Shown here one piece after another: positions 20,414-31,237 of a stretch of DNA of 64,000 nucleotides (positions are counted from its first letter, which is position 1; every line of letters starts with the position of its first letter). A program made the position numbers and the translations under genes. The stretch lies in assembly GCA_963707025.1 (NCBI GenBank), contig CAVPOM010000008.1:32001-96000 (forward strand). The letters are read 5' to 3'. The notes beneath the pieces were generated by a model. It was not told the origin of the DNA. It did no database searches and was given only the letters and a program-made list of their open reading frames with translations. Origin of the DNA: an uncultured Verrucomicrobiae bacterium. Its GTDB lineage: Bacteria > Verrucomicrobiota > Verrucomicrobiia > Limisphaerales > Palsa-1400.

Positions 20414-22036
20414 TCAAACCTCGGCAATTTCTTCGAGAGCCACAGGATCACGCGCAGGATGGCCACGATGATCGCTGCCTGCCTCGGACCCGTCAAGGGC
20501 AAGATCAGCGGGCCGATTTGGCCTCGTTGCCCAGGCGCCTTTGAGAAATTCCGCCAGTGTTGGACCGTGGCGGGTTCGACGATCGTAAAAGAGCCAGTGC
20601 GCAATTTCATACGGCCAGACGCGCCGGCCAATGTTGGAATACCAGCGCATTCCGTTGCGGAAGAGCGGCTCGGGATGCAGCAAAAGCCTCCAGAGCGATT
20701 TCGGCCGCAGTTGGCAGACCGCCTCGATCAGCTTCACCCACAGGAGTACCCGCCAATTGGGAACCTGCGTGCTCTCCAGGACTTGGTGTTTGTAATCCCA
20801 GCGGCTCAGGTCGGTTTGAACCACGCGATGTTGGGCTTCCTGGAGCGCGAAAGGAGTCCAACTATGCGGCGTGGCATACAGCGCCTGAATCTGATCGGGA
20901 TCATACGAAAGGAGTTGCCGCAAAGTGCGCCAATAATCGCTGTCCTTCTCCTGCACGAAACCGGCCACCCACGCGGCCATGGAAATGATGCCATGTTTTC
21001 TCATCAGCCGGATCGCCTCGCGGTCAATCGCCTTGGTGCTTCCTTTGTGAATGGCCTGGAGCGTGGCGTCATCCGTGCTCTCCAGTCCGAGCAGAAACCG
21101 GGCGACGCCCGCCTGTTTGTAAAGGTGCAGGATGTCGGCGTCCCGGACGATGTCGCTCGCCCGGGTGGTGCCGATCAGGATTAAAGGAACGTGGTGGGAG
21201 ATGAGCGCTTCCAGAAACGCCTGCCAAGCCGGGCGGGAGGCCGTGGGGTTTTCATCGGCAAAGTTGACCAGTTCCACTCCGTGCTTGTGGTGCAATCGTG
21301 CCAGTTCGGCGGCAAATCTCACAGGATCGCGATGCCGCCACGCCCGCCAAAAGCTATGTTGTCCGCAATAGTGGCAGCGATGGGGGCAGCCGCGGGAGAA
21401 TTGCACGACCACAGCCCGGCGTTTTCCATAATAGGTATAACGGCGATGGTCGATCAGTTCCCATCCGACGCGACAGCCATCAAGATCACGAATCACCGGC
21501 GCCGGCAAATTCGCTTTAACCTCAGCCAGCAAAGAAAGCGCGTCGCTTGAGCGTCTTTGGCCTGGAACCGTGCCCGCACGAAACACGATCCCAGGCACCT
21601 TTTCCAGACATTGCTGCTTTTCCAGAGCGGTCAACAGGCGGACGATCGTTTCCTCGCCTTCGCCGCGCACGATGAAATCAATTCCAGGCTCCTGATGCAT
21701 GATCTGCGCCCAGTGATACGTCGGGAACACCCCACCATAAACGATCCACGCATGTGGGAACGCATTCCGTAGTGCTTGCACAATCCGACGGGCGGACGGG
21801 TGGCCCGAGGTGGAACCCGAGTGGCCCAAGAGAACCGCGTCCGGGCCATAGTCACTGGTTTTCGAGACGATTTGGTCAAGACTCATGGGACCGAACTCCG
21901 CATCCAGCAGCTTCACCCTGTGGCCGGCATCCAGCAGCGGACCTCCAAGAGCGAGCAAACCGAGCGGAGGCAGGTGCTCACGAAGAATGCGACTGCCAAT
22001 GGAAGGATGCGGCGGATTGACGAGCAGAATTCTCAT
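20414..22036 (-). CDS. B12-binding radical SAM protein (BchE-like)
   Basis: N-terminal cobalamin-binding domain (PPLGL, GGVFPT); SRGCPHRCHYC cluster motif. Confidence 0.88.
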   Translation of the reverse strand: MRILLVNPPHPSIGSRILREHLPPLGLLALGGPLLDAGHRVKLLDAEFGPMSLDQIVSKTSDYGPDAVLLGHSGSTSGHPSARRIVQALRNAFPHAWIVYGGVFPTYHWAQIMHQEPGIDFIVRGEGEETIVRLLTALEKQQCLEKVPGIVFRAGTVPGQRRSSDALSLLAEVKANLPAPVIRDLDGCRVGWELIDHRRYTYYGKRRAVVVQFSRGCPHRCHYCGQHSFWRAWRHRDPVRFAAELARLHHKHGVELVNFADENPTASRPAWQAFLEALISHHVPLILIGTTRASDIVRDADILHLYKQAGVARFLLGLESTDDATLQAIHKGSTKAIDREAIRLMRKHGIISMAAWVAGFVQEKDSDYWRTLRQLLSYDPDQIQALYATPHSWTPFALQEAQHRVVQTDLSRWDYKHQVLESTQVPNWRVLLWVKLIEAVCQLRPKSLWRLLLHPEPLFRNGMRWYSNIGRRVWPYEIAHWLFYDRRTRHGPTLAEFLKGAWATRPNRPADLALDGSEAGSDHRGHPARDPVALEEIAEV

Positions 22037-22106
22037 AAATACTCAACCGTTGATCGCTGCTTCGATGTCGGCAGTGGCGCTTCTCCTGGTTTGTTCGGCA
22101 TCATGC

Positions 22107-22123
22107 ACTTTGCATCACAAAGT
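22107..22123. promoter_or_regulatory. palindromic operator ACTTTG-N5-CAAAGT
   Basis: second copy ACTTTG-N5-CAAAGC at 22360-22376 in front of the divergent gene. Confidence 0.5.
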
Positions 22124-22378
22124 ATATGATGCCATTTGTGCCGTTTTCGTTCAAAACTCGCTCGGAAAATCACTATACAGGCGTTGCCTCCGGCTTTCCG
22201 CGCCAGATGGCTCGCGGGGTTTTTAGCAATCGGGCAGCGTGCCTCGCCCGAAATTTAATTTCTGTCCTCGGCACGCACGGCGCATTGGAGACTGCTGATG
22301 GCAACCCCGGCAAGCATCTCAACAACAAAGAATGAACATATCTCCAGTTATAGGGTCAGACTTTGTAATGCAAAGCGC

Positions 22379-23110
22379 ATGGAAACCGTTATGATATCCG
22401 ACTCCTTCACCTTTGATCTGCGTCATGCTGGCACGCTCCTGCGAGGGGAGTCGGAGGAGATGGCGGGTTGGATAGACCGGGGGGAGACCAAACAGCTTTG
22501 GTATTGCCTGGCGATTGTCTTTGCCGGCGCCGGCCTGTTCGGCGCGGCCCTCGGCGCATGGCGCAGCCCCTTGCAGGCGCTTTACGGTGGAATCAAGTTT
22601 CCACTTGTCATTTTGTTAACAACGACCGGAACCGCTCTGCTGAACGGCATGCTGGCGCCACTCCTTGGTTTGAACATAAATTTCCGCCAGTCTCTGCTCA
22701 TCATCCTGTTCAGCTACACCATCGCCGCCATTATCCTGGGAGGATTCAGCCCAATCCTCCTTTTCGTCGTTTGCAACGCGCCGCCTGTCCAATCCTCATC
22801 CTCGGCGTCGTGGGCCGGCCACAGCATCGTGCTGCTTGTTGAAGTGGGCTTGATCGCCTTCGCCGGGATCGTAGCCAATGTTCGCCTACGGCAACTGCTC
22901 GACCGCCTGAGCGGCAGCTTGCCTGTTTCGAGGCGCATCATGCTTGCCTGGCTGGCGGCCAATCTTTTCTTTGGGGCGCAAATTTCCTGGTTGTTGCGGC
23001 CGTTCGTTGGCTCGCCGGGACTGCCGGTGGAATTCCTGCGCGTCAACGCCTTGCACGGCAATTTCTATGAAAGCGTTTCCCATGCTCTAAAGAACCTGCT
23101 CAATTTCTGA
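22379..23110 (+). CDS. Yip1-like multi-pass membrane protein
   Basis: K.PL and W.LRPFVG motifs; paralogous to the next gene. Confidence 0.65.
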   Translation: METVMISDSFTFDLRHAGTLLRGESEEMAGWIDRGETKQLWYCLAIVFAGAGLFGAALGAWRSPLQALYGGIKFPLVILLTTTGTALLNGMLAPLLGLNINFRQSLLIILFSYTIAAIILGGFSPILLFVVCNAPPVQSSSSASWAGHSIVLLVEVGLIAFAGIVANVRLRQLLDRLSGSLPVSRRIMLAWLAANLFFGAQISWLLRPFVGSPGLPVEFLRVNALHGNFYESVSHALKNLLNF

Positions 23111-23138
23111 ACCATACTCGTCTCAAAAAAGGCCCTCT

Positions 23139-23882
23139 ATGAATGAATCATCCAGCATCCCGCCAGTAATAAATCCGACAATTGCCGGCATAAGCTGCGG
23201 GTCTCATCAACCCGATCCGCCTCTGGGCGAGGTGGAGAGCGACCGCCAGCCCATAGCCAGCTTGATTACGGCCATCGAAGCGGTCCTACGCGAACCGCGC
23301 CGCCTCTTATTTCAATTGACCCAGCAGAATCAAGGCCACTTGGTGCGCAATCTCTTGTTCGTTTCACTGCTGTCCGCCTTCATTTACGGCTTGGTCGTCG
23401 GTACTTTCTCCGGCAGGGAGCAACTCCTGGCCGCGCCCCTCAAGATCGCCGGCGGCCTGCTCTTGTCCGCCGTTATCTGCCTCCCCAGTCTTTATATTTT
23501 TACCTGCCTGAGCGGAGCCCGGGCGCGTTTGGGCGAGGTCTGCGGTTTGCTCACTGCTTTCCTTGCTCTGATGACGATACTGCTCATTGGCTTCGCGCCC
23601 GTCGCCTGGGTGTTCTCGCAATCCACCGCCTCCATCGCCGCGATGGGAGGCCTCCATTTGCTTTTCTGGTTCATTGCCACCGGTTTCGGCCTTCGTTTGC
23701 TGGAGCGCGGCTTCCGTCACCACGGCGCTCAAGGCGGCATGATGCGGATATGGACGATCATATTCCTCCTCGTGGCCTTGCAGATGACCACCGCGCTGCG
23801 CCCGCTCGTCGGCACGGCTCCGACCTTACTGCCAGTGACGAAACAATTCTTCGTCGCTCATTGGATGGAGTCTTTCCAATAA
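23139..23882 (+). CDS. Yip1-like multi-pass membrane protein
   Basis: PSLYIF and QM...LRPLVG motifs. Confidence 0.65.
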   Translation: MNESSSIPPVINPTIAGISCGSHQPDPPLGEVESDRQPIASLITAIEAVLREPRRLLFQLTQQNQGHLVRNLLFVSLLSAFIYGLVVGTFSGREQLLAAPLKIAGGLLLSAVICLPSLYIFTCLSGARARLGEVCGLLTAFLALMTILLIGFAPVAWVFSQSTASIAAMGGLHLLFWFIATGFGLRLLERGFRHHGAQGGMMRIWTIIFLLVALQMTTALRPLVGTAPTLLPVTKQFFVAHWMESFQ

Positions 23883-23914
23883 CGGTATGAACTGGTATCG
23901 AGGAATGATCTTTC

Positions 23915-24211
23915 ATGATGTGCAAAATCCTTCCCGCCCTCGCGCTTGATTTGAGTGGCGGGTGGGCGCGCGAGGAATTTCCCACAACGTTGGATGGGCT
24001 TTCGCCGCTGTTCTTTGGCAAACTTCCACCCGATTTTATCAATGACCAGCCAATGCAATTGCGGCGCACGAATGACGGGCCTTTCCTGCTCTACTCCGTT
24101 GGCTGGAATGGAACGGATGATGGCGGGATCATCGTCCGCAAGGCCTATCCGAACAGTGCCGTTCTCGATATGGAGAATGGCGATTGGGTCTGGGCGGATT
24201 CAGCGAAGTGA
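23915..24211 (+). pseudogene. C-terminal remnant of a hypothetical protein
   Basis: FLLYSVGWNG.DDGG...GDWVW terminal motif without an N-terminus. Confidence 0.45.
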
Positions 24212-24271
24212 TGGCTCTGCAGAACCGACGCCCCTTAATTTATTGACGCTTTCGAGAATAGGGGTTCTCCT

Positions 24272-25768
24272 GTGAAGAGGACGGATTCCATGAGATTCAC
24301 ATCATTCATGCCGTTGACGGCACTTTTTGTCCTCTTTGCCGGGGGGTGCATTTTTCCCAAAGGCGCGCCACCGGATCGTTCGCGTGCGGAATTCGCAAGG
24401 GCTTTGGCAAGAATCAAGGAGAACACGCCTCAGAGCGAGGTGCTTGCCATGCTCTGCCAACCGGACGATGTCCGCACACAATTCGATCCGGGCGGAATCA
24501 GCCGGGTACAGACAAAAGAAGTCTGGTGTTACGGCACCACAGGCCATTTATGTTTTCCCACTCTCGGTTGTGTTTACATTGACGGGAGTGGGCGAACCCA
24601 GGAGGTGATCGGTGGCCAAGGCCGGCCACCGAAATCCGGTCTATTCACTGAGGATGAACTCCGGAATCTTCTTCGCTTGTTGGACACCACGCCAAAGTTG
24701 GAGGGTGATTCCTACGACCCGCTTCCGGTGATTCAAATCGTCAATACGCTGCAATCTCTTGGGAGAGAGAAGGCGCTGGCAGCCATTGGGGAGTATCTCC
24801 GTGTTTCCGAGCCTTGGTCGGACAGGGGATCATCCCTCGTTTTCCGGGTTTTGTTTGATCTTCCGGACGACATTGACCGGACGAAGGGTTGGATCATCGG
24901 GGTCCCCGAACCGCCTGGGCCAAAGAACCCCCATCAGATACCCCGCTTCCCAATCGTTCTGGTGGATGACGTTCCGTTGATGTTGGTGGAAGGTTATACG
25001 ATTGGTAGCTATTTGTCCCTGAAGGGTAACCCAACACCAGTCGAAAGGGATTTGGAATTCTTTCGGCGCAACGGCCATTTTCGTTCCAAGGCACTGGTGC
25101 CCAGCAATGATCCCCTCGGAGCCCTGATGCATTTGGTGGAGTCCACGCAATGGATTTATGCGGACTCAAAACTGGCAGAACCGGGCGTGTTTTCATTCGG
25201 GGATACGGAGACCAACAAACGGGAAAAATCCATGCTCATGGAGCAGCTGCTCAGGTTGATTGACTCCGTGTACCGCCTGCCCACCGACGCGTACGGTGAC
25301 AGGTTGCCCAGTGGAGCATCCCTGGAACCTGCCTGGAAAAAGATCGTCGCCAACGTCTCCTCTCTCAAAATTGAATGGGATCTGCAGAAGAACATCTTCG
25401 TCTTTCAGGATGGCTCACAACTGCCCAAGCTGACCAGCAAGATTCACCAACGCGATATCTGGCGGCTCATCGGCATGGGGTTCGAGGACGCGGAACTCAT
25501 AATCGAGCGGAAGAGTGACGATTGGGTGGATGTCATGGTGACGCGGGTCGAGAAGGCGGGAGCCAAACTTAGACCTGCCACCTTAATTCTCTTTACTGGC
25601 GACGAAAATCAAGCGTCGTTGCTGACATTCACATTTACCGATAAGGTGGCAATCGGAGGAGGTGGTTCGGAGACGCGAACAGTCGCCCTGAAGGCGGATA
25701 CCGAAATCAGGGCGAGATTGGAAATCGCCGGCTACCGCACCAACACCAGCTTCATTTTCAAACCTTAG
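24272..25768 (+). CDS. hypothetical lipoprotein
   Basis: signal peptide with FAGGC lipobox. Confidence 0.6.
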   Translation: MKRTDSMRFTSFMPLTALFVLFAGGCIFPKGAPPDRSRAEFARALARIKENTPQSEVLAMLCQPDDVRTQFDPGGISRVQTKEVWCYGTTGHLCFPTLGCVYIDGSGRTQEVIGGQGRPPKSGLFTEDELRNLLRLLDTTPKLEGDSYDPLPVIQIVNTLQSLGREKALAAIGEYLRVSEPWSDRGSSLVFRVLFDLPDDIDRTKGWIIGVPEPPGPKNPHQIPRFPIVLVDDVPLMLVEGYTIGSYLSLKGNPTPVERDLEFFRRNGHFRSKALVPSNDPLGALMHLVESTQWIYADSKLAEPGVFSFGDTETNKREKSMLMEQLLRLIDSVYRLPTDAYGDRLPSGASLEPAWKKIVANVSSLKIEWDLQKNIFVFQDGSQLPKLTSKIHQRDIWRLIGMGFEDAELIIERKSDDWVDVMVTRVEKAGAKLRPATLILFTGDENQASLLTFTFTDKVAIGGGGSETRTVALKADTEIRARLEIAGYRTNTSFIFKP

Positions 25769-25788
25769 CCACGAGAATAGAACGCGAA

Positions 25789-27711
25789 ATGAGCCTGCTT
25801 GTTCCAGTCGAAGAGTTCGATAATTTTCGGCTTATGCGGGTGGTGGATGCGGCCTCCATCACGCCGGGACTGCGCAGCGTTGTCCGCTCTCTTGATGAAC
25901 GCGAGGAAATGGAACCCTTTTTGCGGATTATCCTGGCCGACGACGCCCAGACTCCGCATGGACCGGCGGAAATTGTGGACATCTTCACCCACAAATTGAC
26001 GCGTAAAGGAACCCACGGCATGGCCGCATTTATTTTAAAGGGCAAGTCGTTTAAGACGGTTCGTCATAGCGACGTCGCGCACCAAATATACCGGCTGGAA
26101 AAGATTGAAGGACTCCGTTTTGCCATATTCGCTACACCGGGAGTTGTCCTCGACGCGGCCAAAGAGCATTTCTGCGCAACCTGTGAACGCATGAAGGTCA
26201 ATTACGGCTTTTTGGATGCGACCGATCTGGCGCGGTTATTTGTTGCTGCGGGCTTTTTTTGCCCGAGGGATGCCTCCCGGATTTCAGCCGGCAGATGCAA
26301 ATGCGGGTACTCGCCCCAGCATCAATTTCTCAATATCCTTCAGCAGGACGCACTAAAGAGTCTGCTGGATGCCCACGCAATAGGGCAAAAAACCGGACTT
26401 GTGGTATTGCCACCGGGCAGTGGCAAAACTCGGATCGCGGCAGAGGACTCCAAGCGATTTAATGCACAGAGGATACTTTACGTCGCCCACACTCAAGAAA
26501 TACTTGACGTTGCGGATTCCGAGTTTCAAGCGATTTTTGGTTCTAAGGAAGTTGGGCGTATTGAACGGCCTTTCCGGGCTACGTCCACAAAACGTGTCAA
26601 TCTTGCCACCATCCAGTTGTTCGCCCGGCACCTTGCCAACTTCGGAAAGGATAAATTCGACTACGTGGTGGTGGACGAATTCCACCACGCAGCCGCAGCG
26701 TCATATCGGAAGCTCATTGCCCACCTGTCGCCCCAATTCCTACTCGGTCTGACCGCCACGCCTTTTCGAGGAGACCGTCAGGACATCTGGAAACTTTGTG
26801 GAGAAAACACTATTGTGAGTTATGAGCTCCGAGGGGGAATCGAGACCGGAGTTCTGGTGCCTTACCACTACTATGGCTGCTTCGATGACTTGGACTACAC
26901 GAAAATTCAAACACATGGAACCACCTACTCCATCCAGGACTTGGAGCGTGCATTAACCGTCCCAGAAAGGGATCATGCGATCATAAAAAAGTGGCGGGAA
27001 ATGGCCGAGAGTCGCCCGACGCTAGCCTTCTGCTGCTCCATCATCCACGCTGATCGTGTCGCCGCGCACTTTGTTAAGGCAGGCGTTTCTTCGGCTGCCT
27101 ATACGTCCTCGCAATCATGGGAGGAACGAAAACGACGGTTGGAACAGTTTAAGAATGGGGCACTTAAAGTCCTTGCTGTCGTTGACGTGTTCAACGAGGG
27201 TGCTGACTTGCCATTTCTTGAGTGCCTCCTGTTTTTGCGCCCAACCGATTCGAAGCGCATTTTCTTCCAGCAACTTGGACGCGGACTTCGTCGCTATCCC
27301 GGCAAAGCACAATGTCTTGTGATTGATTTCATCGGCAACTTCAAGAACGCCTATCGCATTGTCGAATATCAAGGCTTGCTGCCAGTGGAGGAAGACGATG
27401 GGTTCGTCGGACGGCGCGGTCCAAAAACCGCCAAGGAATTTCTGAACCTGCCGCTCGGTTGCGAGGTGCATTTTGATGATAGGGTTATCAACCTTTTCGC
27501 CAGTCAGGCATTTAACCCTGCGAACGCCAACCGTCACAACATCGGAAGAATCTTGATCTACCTGTATCAACGCCTGGAGAGAAGACTCGGTCGCCCGCCG
27601 AGGAGGGTTGAGGTGGACAGACATTCCAGGCTCTCCAGTGATTTCTACAGCCTGGTCTTTGGGAGTTGGAGAGCATTCGAACAATTGATGGCCTCATTTG
27701 GAACAAGGTGA
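25789..27711 (+). CDS. SF2 DEAD/DEAH helicase (type III Res-like) with N-terminal extension
   Basis: PPGSGKT, DEFHH, LTATP, NEGAD.P and QQLGRGLR motifs. Confidence 0.88.
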   Translation: MSLLVPVEEFDNFRLMRVVDAASITPGLRSVVRSLDEREEMEPFLRIILADDAQTPHGPAEIVDIFTHKLTRKGTHGMAAFILKGKSFKTVRHSDVAHQIYRLEKIEGLRFAIFATPGVVLDAAKEHFCATCERMKVNYGFLDATDLARLFVAAGFFCPRDASRISAGRCKCGYSPQHQFLNILQQDALKSLLDAHAIGQKTGLVVLPPGSGKTRIAAEDSKRFNAQRILYVAHTQEILDVADSEFQAIFGSKEVGRIERPFRATSTKRVNLATIQLFARHLANFGKDKFDYVVVDEFHHAAAASYRKLIAHLSPQFLLGLTATPFRGDRQDIWKLCGENTIVSYELRGGIETGVLVPYHYYGCFDDLDYTKIQTHGTTYSIQDLERALTVPERDHAIIKKWREMAESRPTLAFCCSIIHADRVAAHFVKAGVSSAAYTSSQSWEERKRRLEQFKNGALKVLAVVDVFNEGADLPFLECLLFLRPTDSKRIFFQQLGRGLRRYPGKAQCLVIDFIGNFKNAYRIVEYQGLLPVEEDDGFVGRRGPKTAKEFLNLPLGCEVHFDDRVINLFASQAFNPANANRHNIGRILIYLYQRLERRLGRPPRRVEVDRHSRLSSDFYSLVFGSWRAFEQLMASFGTR

Positions 27712-28087
27712 ATGTGTCACCGAGTGTCTCAAAATCATCTACGCGCTGGCAGCCAATCGGACCAACGAATCTGTCAAAACGCTGAAATCACTTCTGAAAG
27801 ACGATGACGAGAAAATCCGAGCGACGACAAGAAAGGCGATTCGAACCGCCTATTTGTATCGGGGCATTTGGCGCGGCACGCCACTCAGGCCGGAGGATTT
27901 TGATGAAACGTTCCGGTAACCCGGACCACCGTGATGAAACCTCTTCGGATTCCTGCACGCACGGATATTTCGTGGATGAGATCTAGACCGCCTGGAGGCG
28001 TGAGATGAGCTTTGCGCTTTGCAAAAGCAACTATCGGCAATAGGGCTGGGCTAGGAATTTCATGCGCAGGAAGTCGTTACCAGACCA

Positions 28088-28420
28088 TCACCCCTTCCGG
28101 TGGTAATCAATGGCAACGCTACGGCTGTCCAGTTCAATGACCGAATAGCCCCAGGGCAAGTAGCGGCTGGGTCCCTGACGTTCGGGATGCTCGACTCGCC
28201 AGGCGATGACCTCCCACCCATTCCCGGATTTTAAGACCTCCCATTCGGCCTGGTCGGCCCAATCCTCCTTTTGCTCCAACAACCGTTGCGCCGCCGCGAT
28301 CTGGTCTCGGTAGTGGACCTGCGGATCCTCGGGGTGTTCCATGCGGGCGGTTTTGCCGCCGCATCCGGTGAGCAACGCGAAAAAAAGGGCGATAATCCAG
28401 TTTCTGGCCATCCCCGTCAT
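28088..28420 (-). CDS. hypothetical lipoprotein
   Basis: LLTGC lipobox. Confidence 0.65.
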   Translation of the reverse strand: MTGMARNWIIALFFALLTGCGGKTARMEHPEDPQVHYRDQIAAAQRLLEQKEDWADQAEWEVLKSGNGWEVIAWRVEHPERQGPSRYLPWGYSVIELDSRSVAIDYHRKG

Positions 28421-28497
28421 ATCGGCAGTACGCCGTTCGGCTGAAACGATATGGCGATAAAACTCGCTTAATCGAAATCAAAGCCGCAGGATGGGCC

Positions 28498-28716
28498 ATG
28501 AATAAAACCACCTCTCCCCGCCTCGTTCGCCAACCACCTTTGGCCGCCGGTCAACTATGGCGCATGGCGGACGGGAATCTTCAAGTCGGCATGGTTGGCA
28601 AATTGCTGGTCCATTATAAATTGGGCAAGCCCAATGCCGTTCGCGTCCCCAATTCCTGCAACTGCATCAAAACCATTGAGAAATATCTGAAAACGAAGAA
28701 GGCCGTCCTGGTTTAG
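28498..28716 (+). CDS. small hypothetical protein
   Basis: 72-aa basic ORF. Confidence 0.55.
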   Translation: MNKTTSPRLVRQPPLAAGQLWRMADGNLQVGMVGKLLVHYKLGKPNAVRVPNSCNCIKTIEKYLKTKKAVLV

Positions 28717-28725
28717 TTACGATTT

Positions 28726-29919
28726 ATGCGCTCAAGCCTTGCATCCTTGCTCCCTTCGCTGGCGCTGGCCGTGACCGTTGGCGTCAGCGCGTCGCAAGCC
28801 GCTTCCGGCAACCCTTACGCCCGCTGGCAATACGGGCCGGCGCGCGATGAAAACTCTTTCCCCATTGCCGTCTGGTTGCAACCTCCCGCCAAGGCGCGGC
28901 AATATCTGGACGCCGGGTTCAACACTTACGTCGGCCTCTGGGAGGGGCCGACCGAAGAACAACTCGCCGCCCTGAAGCAGGCCGGGATGAGGGTGATTTG
29001 CGAGCAGAACGCGGTTTCGCTGAAGCACCTCAACGATCCCACCCTCATCGGCTGGATGCATGGCGACGAGCCGGACAACGCGCAGGAACTGGGCGCCGGC
29101 AAGGGCTACGGGCCGCCGATTCCTCCGGCCACGATCATCGCCGAATATCAGCGTATTCGCGCCGCGGATTCTACCCGGCCGGTCATGGTGAATTTGGGCC
29201 AGGGTGTGGCATGGGACGATTACATCGGCCGCGGCGTTCGCCGAAATCACCCCGAGGATTACGCCGAATACGTCAAAGGCAGCGACATCGCGTCCTTCGA
29301 CATCTACCCGGTGGCGCATGACAGTCCGGTGGTGGCGGGCAAACTTTGGTTCGTTCCGCAAGGGGTTGAGCGGCTGATTAAATGGGCCGGGCCGGATCGC
29401 ATCGTTTGGAACTGCATCGAATGCACGCGCATTGAAAATCCGGACCATAAAGCCACGCCGCGCCAGGTTCGCTGCGAAGTCTGGATGTCTCTCATTCACG
29501 GTTCGCGCGGGCTGATCTATTTCGTCCACGAATGGAAACCGCGTTTCAACGAGTCCGCCCTGCTGGGCGATCCGGAAATGCTCGCCGCTGTGACAGCGCT
29601 CAACCTGCAGATCGCCCGTCTGGCACCGGTTTTGAACAGTCCCACGGTAACGAACGCGGTGGCGGTAGTGTCGGAGAACCGCGAGATTCCCATCGCTGTG
29701 ATGGCCAAACGGTTCGGCGACGCGCTGTATCTTTTTGCGGTCGGGATGCGCGACGGCAAGACCACGGCGGCGTTTACCATGCGCGGTCTGACGGGCGCGC
29801 CGAACGTGGAAGTGCTCGACGAGAACCGCACGCTGAAAACGCAGGACGATGTTTTTCATGACGATTTCCAGCCGTGGGACGCGCATGTTTACCGGATTGC
29901 GGCCACGCACGGTCGTTGA
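28726..29919 (+). CDS. secreted glycoside hydrolase-like protein
   Basis: signal peptide; W..GDEPDN, FDIYPV and HG.RG..YF TIM-barrel-like motifs. Confidence 0.6.
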   Translation: MRSSLASLLPSLALAVTVGVSASQAASGNPYARWQYGPARDENSFPIAVWLQPPAKARQYLDAGFNTYVGLWEGPTEEQLAALKQAGMRVICEQNAVSLKHLNDPTLIGWMHGDEPDNAQELGAGKGYGPPIPPATIIAEYQRIRAADSTRPVMVNLGQGVAWDDYIGRGVRRNHPEDYAEYVKGSDIASFDIYPVAHDSPVVAGKLWFVPQGVERLIKWAGPDRIVWNCIECTRIENPDHKATPRQVRCEVWMSLIHGSRGLIYFVHEWKPRFNESALLGDPEMLAAVTALNLQIARLAPVLNSPTVTNAVAVVSENREIPIAVMAKRFGDALYLFAVGMRDGKTTAAFTMRGLTGAPNVEVLDENRTLKTQDDVFHDDFQPWDAHVYRIAATHGR

Positions 29920-30133
29920 TCGAGGCTGCCCGAATGCTGCCGACTTCGAGCCTCCAAAACTGGGCAGAGGCTGATCCGTGATCGCGTGGAGCGCAACTTT
30001 CCAGAATTCATCTCCCGGGTGTCCGCAGATTATTGACCGAAGTTGGACTGAAGCGACATTACAAGACTCCGGAGGTGGTTAAATTGCTGCGGACTGCCCC
30101 GAAATGTTAAAGGGACCATGCAAGGCGTGTTTC

Positions 30134-31216
30134 TCAATGGCTGATCAGCAGCACGGGCTTGATGGTGCTGCCACGCTTCGAGTCGGCAATGGCCCGGTTG
30201 ATCTTGGTAAAATCATAGAATTTCACCAATCGGTCGAAGGGAAACCGCCCATCCTCGTACAGTTTGATCAGTTTCGGAATGAACTTCTGGGGCACCGCGT
30301 CGCCTTGGATGACGCTGTGGACTTGGCGCTCTCCCGGCAGCCTGCCCAAGGCGCTCGCTCCGCTAAGCAGCGCTGCTTTTCCGCCTGGATTCAGTAGCTC
30401 TGCCGCGAACTGTTCCATCTCATGATCCGCCGTGCTCTCCACAATGTAATCAACGTCGCGGCCCGTTATGGCCTTGATGCGCGCGGCGAGGTCACTTCGC
30501 CGGTTGTTGATCGAGTGGGTCGCCCCTAATTCGCAGGCGAGTGTTAGACGGCGAGGGTTGAGGTCCACCGCGATGATCGTTTTGGCTTTGACTATGCGGG
30601 CGGCCATCACCGCCGCCAGCCCAACCGAGCCGGTGCCAAAAACGGCGATGCTTGATCCGGCGCGAACCGCCAGTGAGTTCATCACCGTGCCGGCGCCCGT
30701 TTGCATACCGCAACCCAACGGAGCAAGCATTTCCAGCGGAAGCGGCTTGGGCACCTTCACCAGATTGCGCATGGTCGCGAGAGCATGGGTGGCGAATGAG
30801 GATTGGCCAAAGAAGTGGCCACGCACGCCGCCGCGCAGCGCATTGGTCCCGTCCAAGCGGGCGAAGCTAAAGTTCGCCTCCCAGAACCGCTGGCAGTCCG
30901 CCGGGTGTCCGCGCCTGCAAGGCCGGCAGCGCCCGCAGGATTGGTAGGAGAGCACCACATGGTCGCCGGGCTTGATTCCCTTCACCGCCTCGCCGATTCG
31001 TTCCACCACCCCGGAGCCTTCGTGGCCCAGCACGACCGGGCCGGAAGCGCCGCCATCGCAGAAATCAATGTCGGTATGGCAAACTCCGCTGGCCACCATG
31101 CGCACCAGCACTTCGTCATCGCGCGGACCTTCCATTTCCAGGCGCTCGATCTTCAGTGGGCGGCCCGGCGTCCGCAATACGGCGGCTCGGATTGGGATGG
31201 TAGGCGGGTCGGGCAT
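30134..31216 (-). CDS. zinc-dependent (aryl-)alcohol dehydrogenase
   Basis: GVCHTD, GHEGSG, CGRCRPC and PLGCG motifs. Confidence 0.92.
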   Translation of the reverse strand: MPDPPTIPIRAAVLRTPGRPLKIERLEMEGPRDDEVLVRMVASGVCHTDIDFCDGGASGPVVLGHEGSGVVERIGEAVKGIKPGDHVVLSYQSCGRCRPCRRGHPADCQRFWEANFSFARLDGTNALRGGVRGHFFGQSSFATHALATMRNLVKVPKPLPLEMLAPLGCGMQTGAGTVMNSLAVRAGSSIAVFGTGSVGLAAVMAARIVKAKTIIAVDLNPRRLTLACELGATHSINNRRSDLAARIKAITGRDVDYIVESTADHEMEQFAAELLNPGGKAALLSGASALGRLPGERQVHSVIQGDAVPQKFIPKLIKLYEDGRFPFDRLVKFYDFTKINRAIADSKRGSTIKPVLLISH

Positions 31217-31237
31217 TTCGAGTTCAGGCCTCTTAAT

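Noticed and set aside
20414..22036. bchE / photosynthesis gene
   Set aside because: No other bch or puf genes; family-level similarity only.
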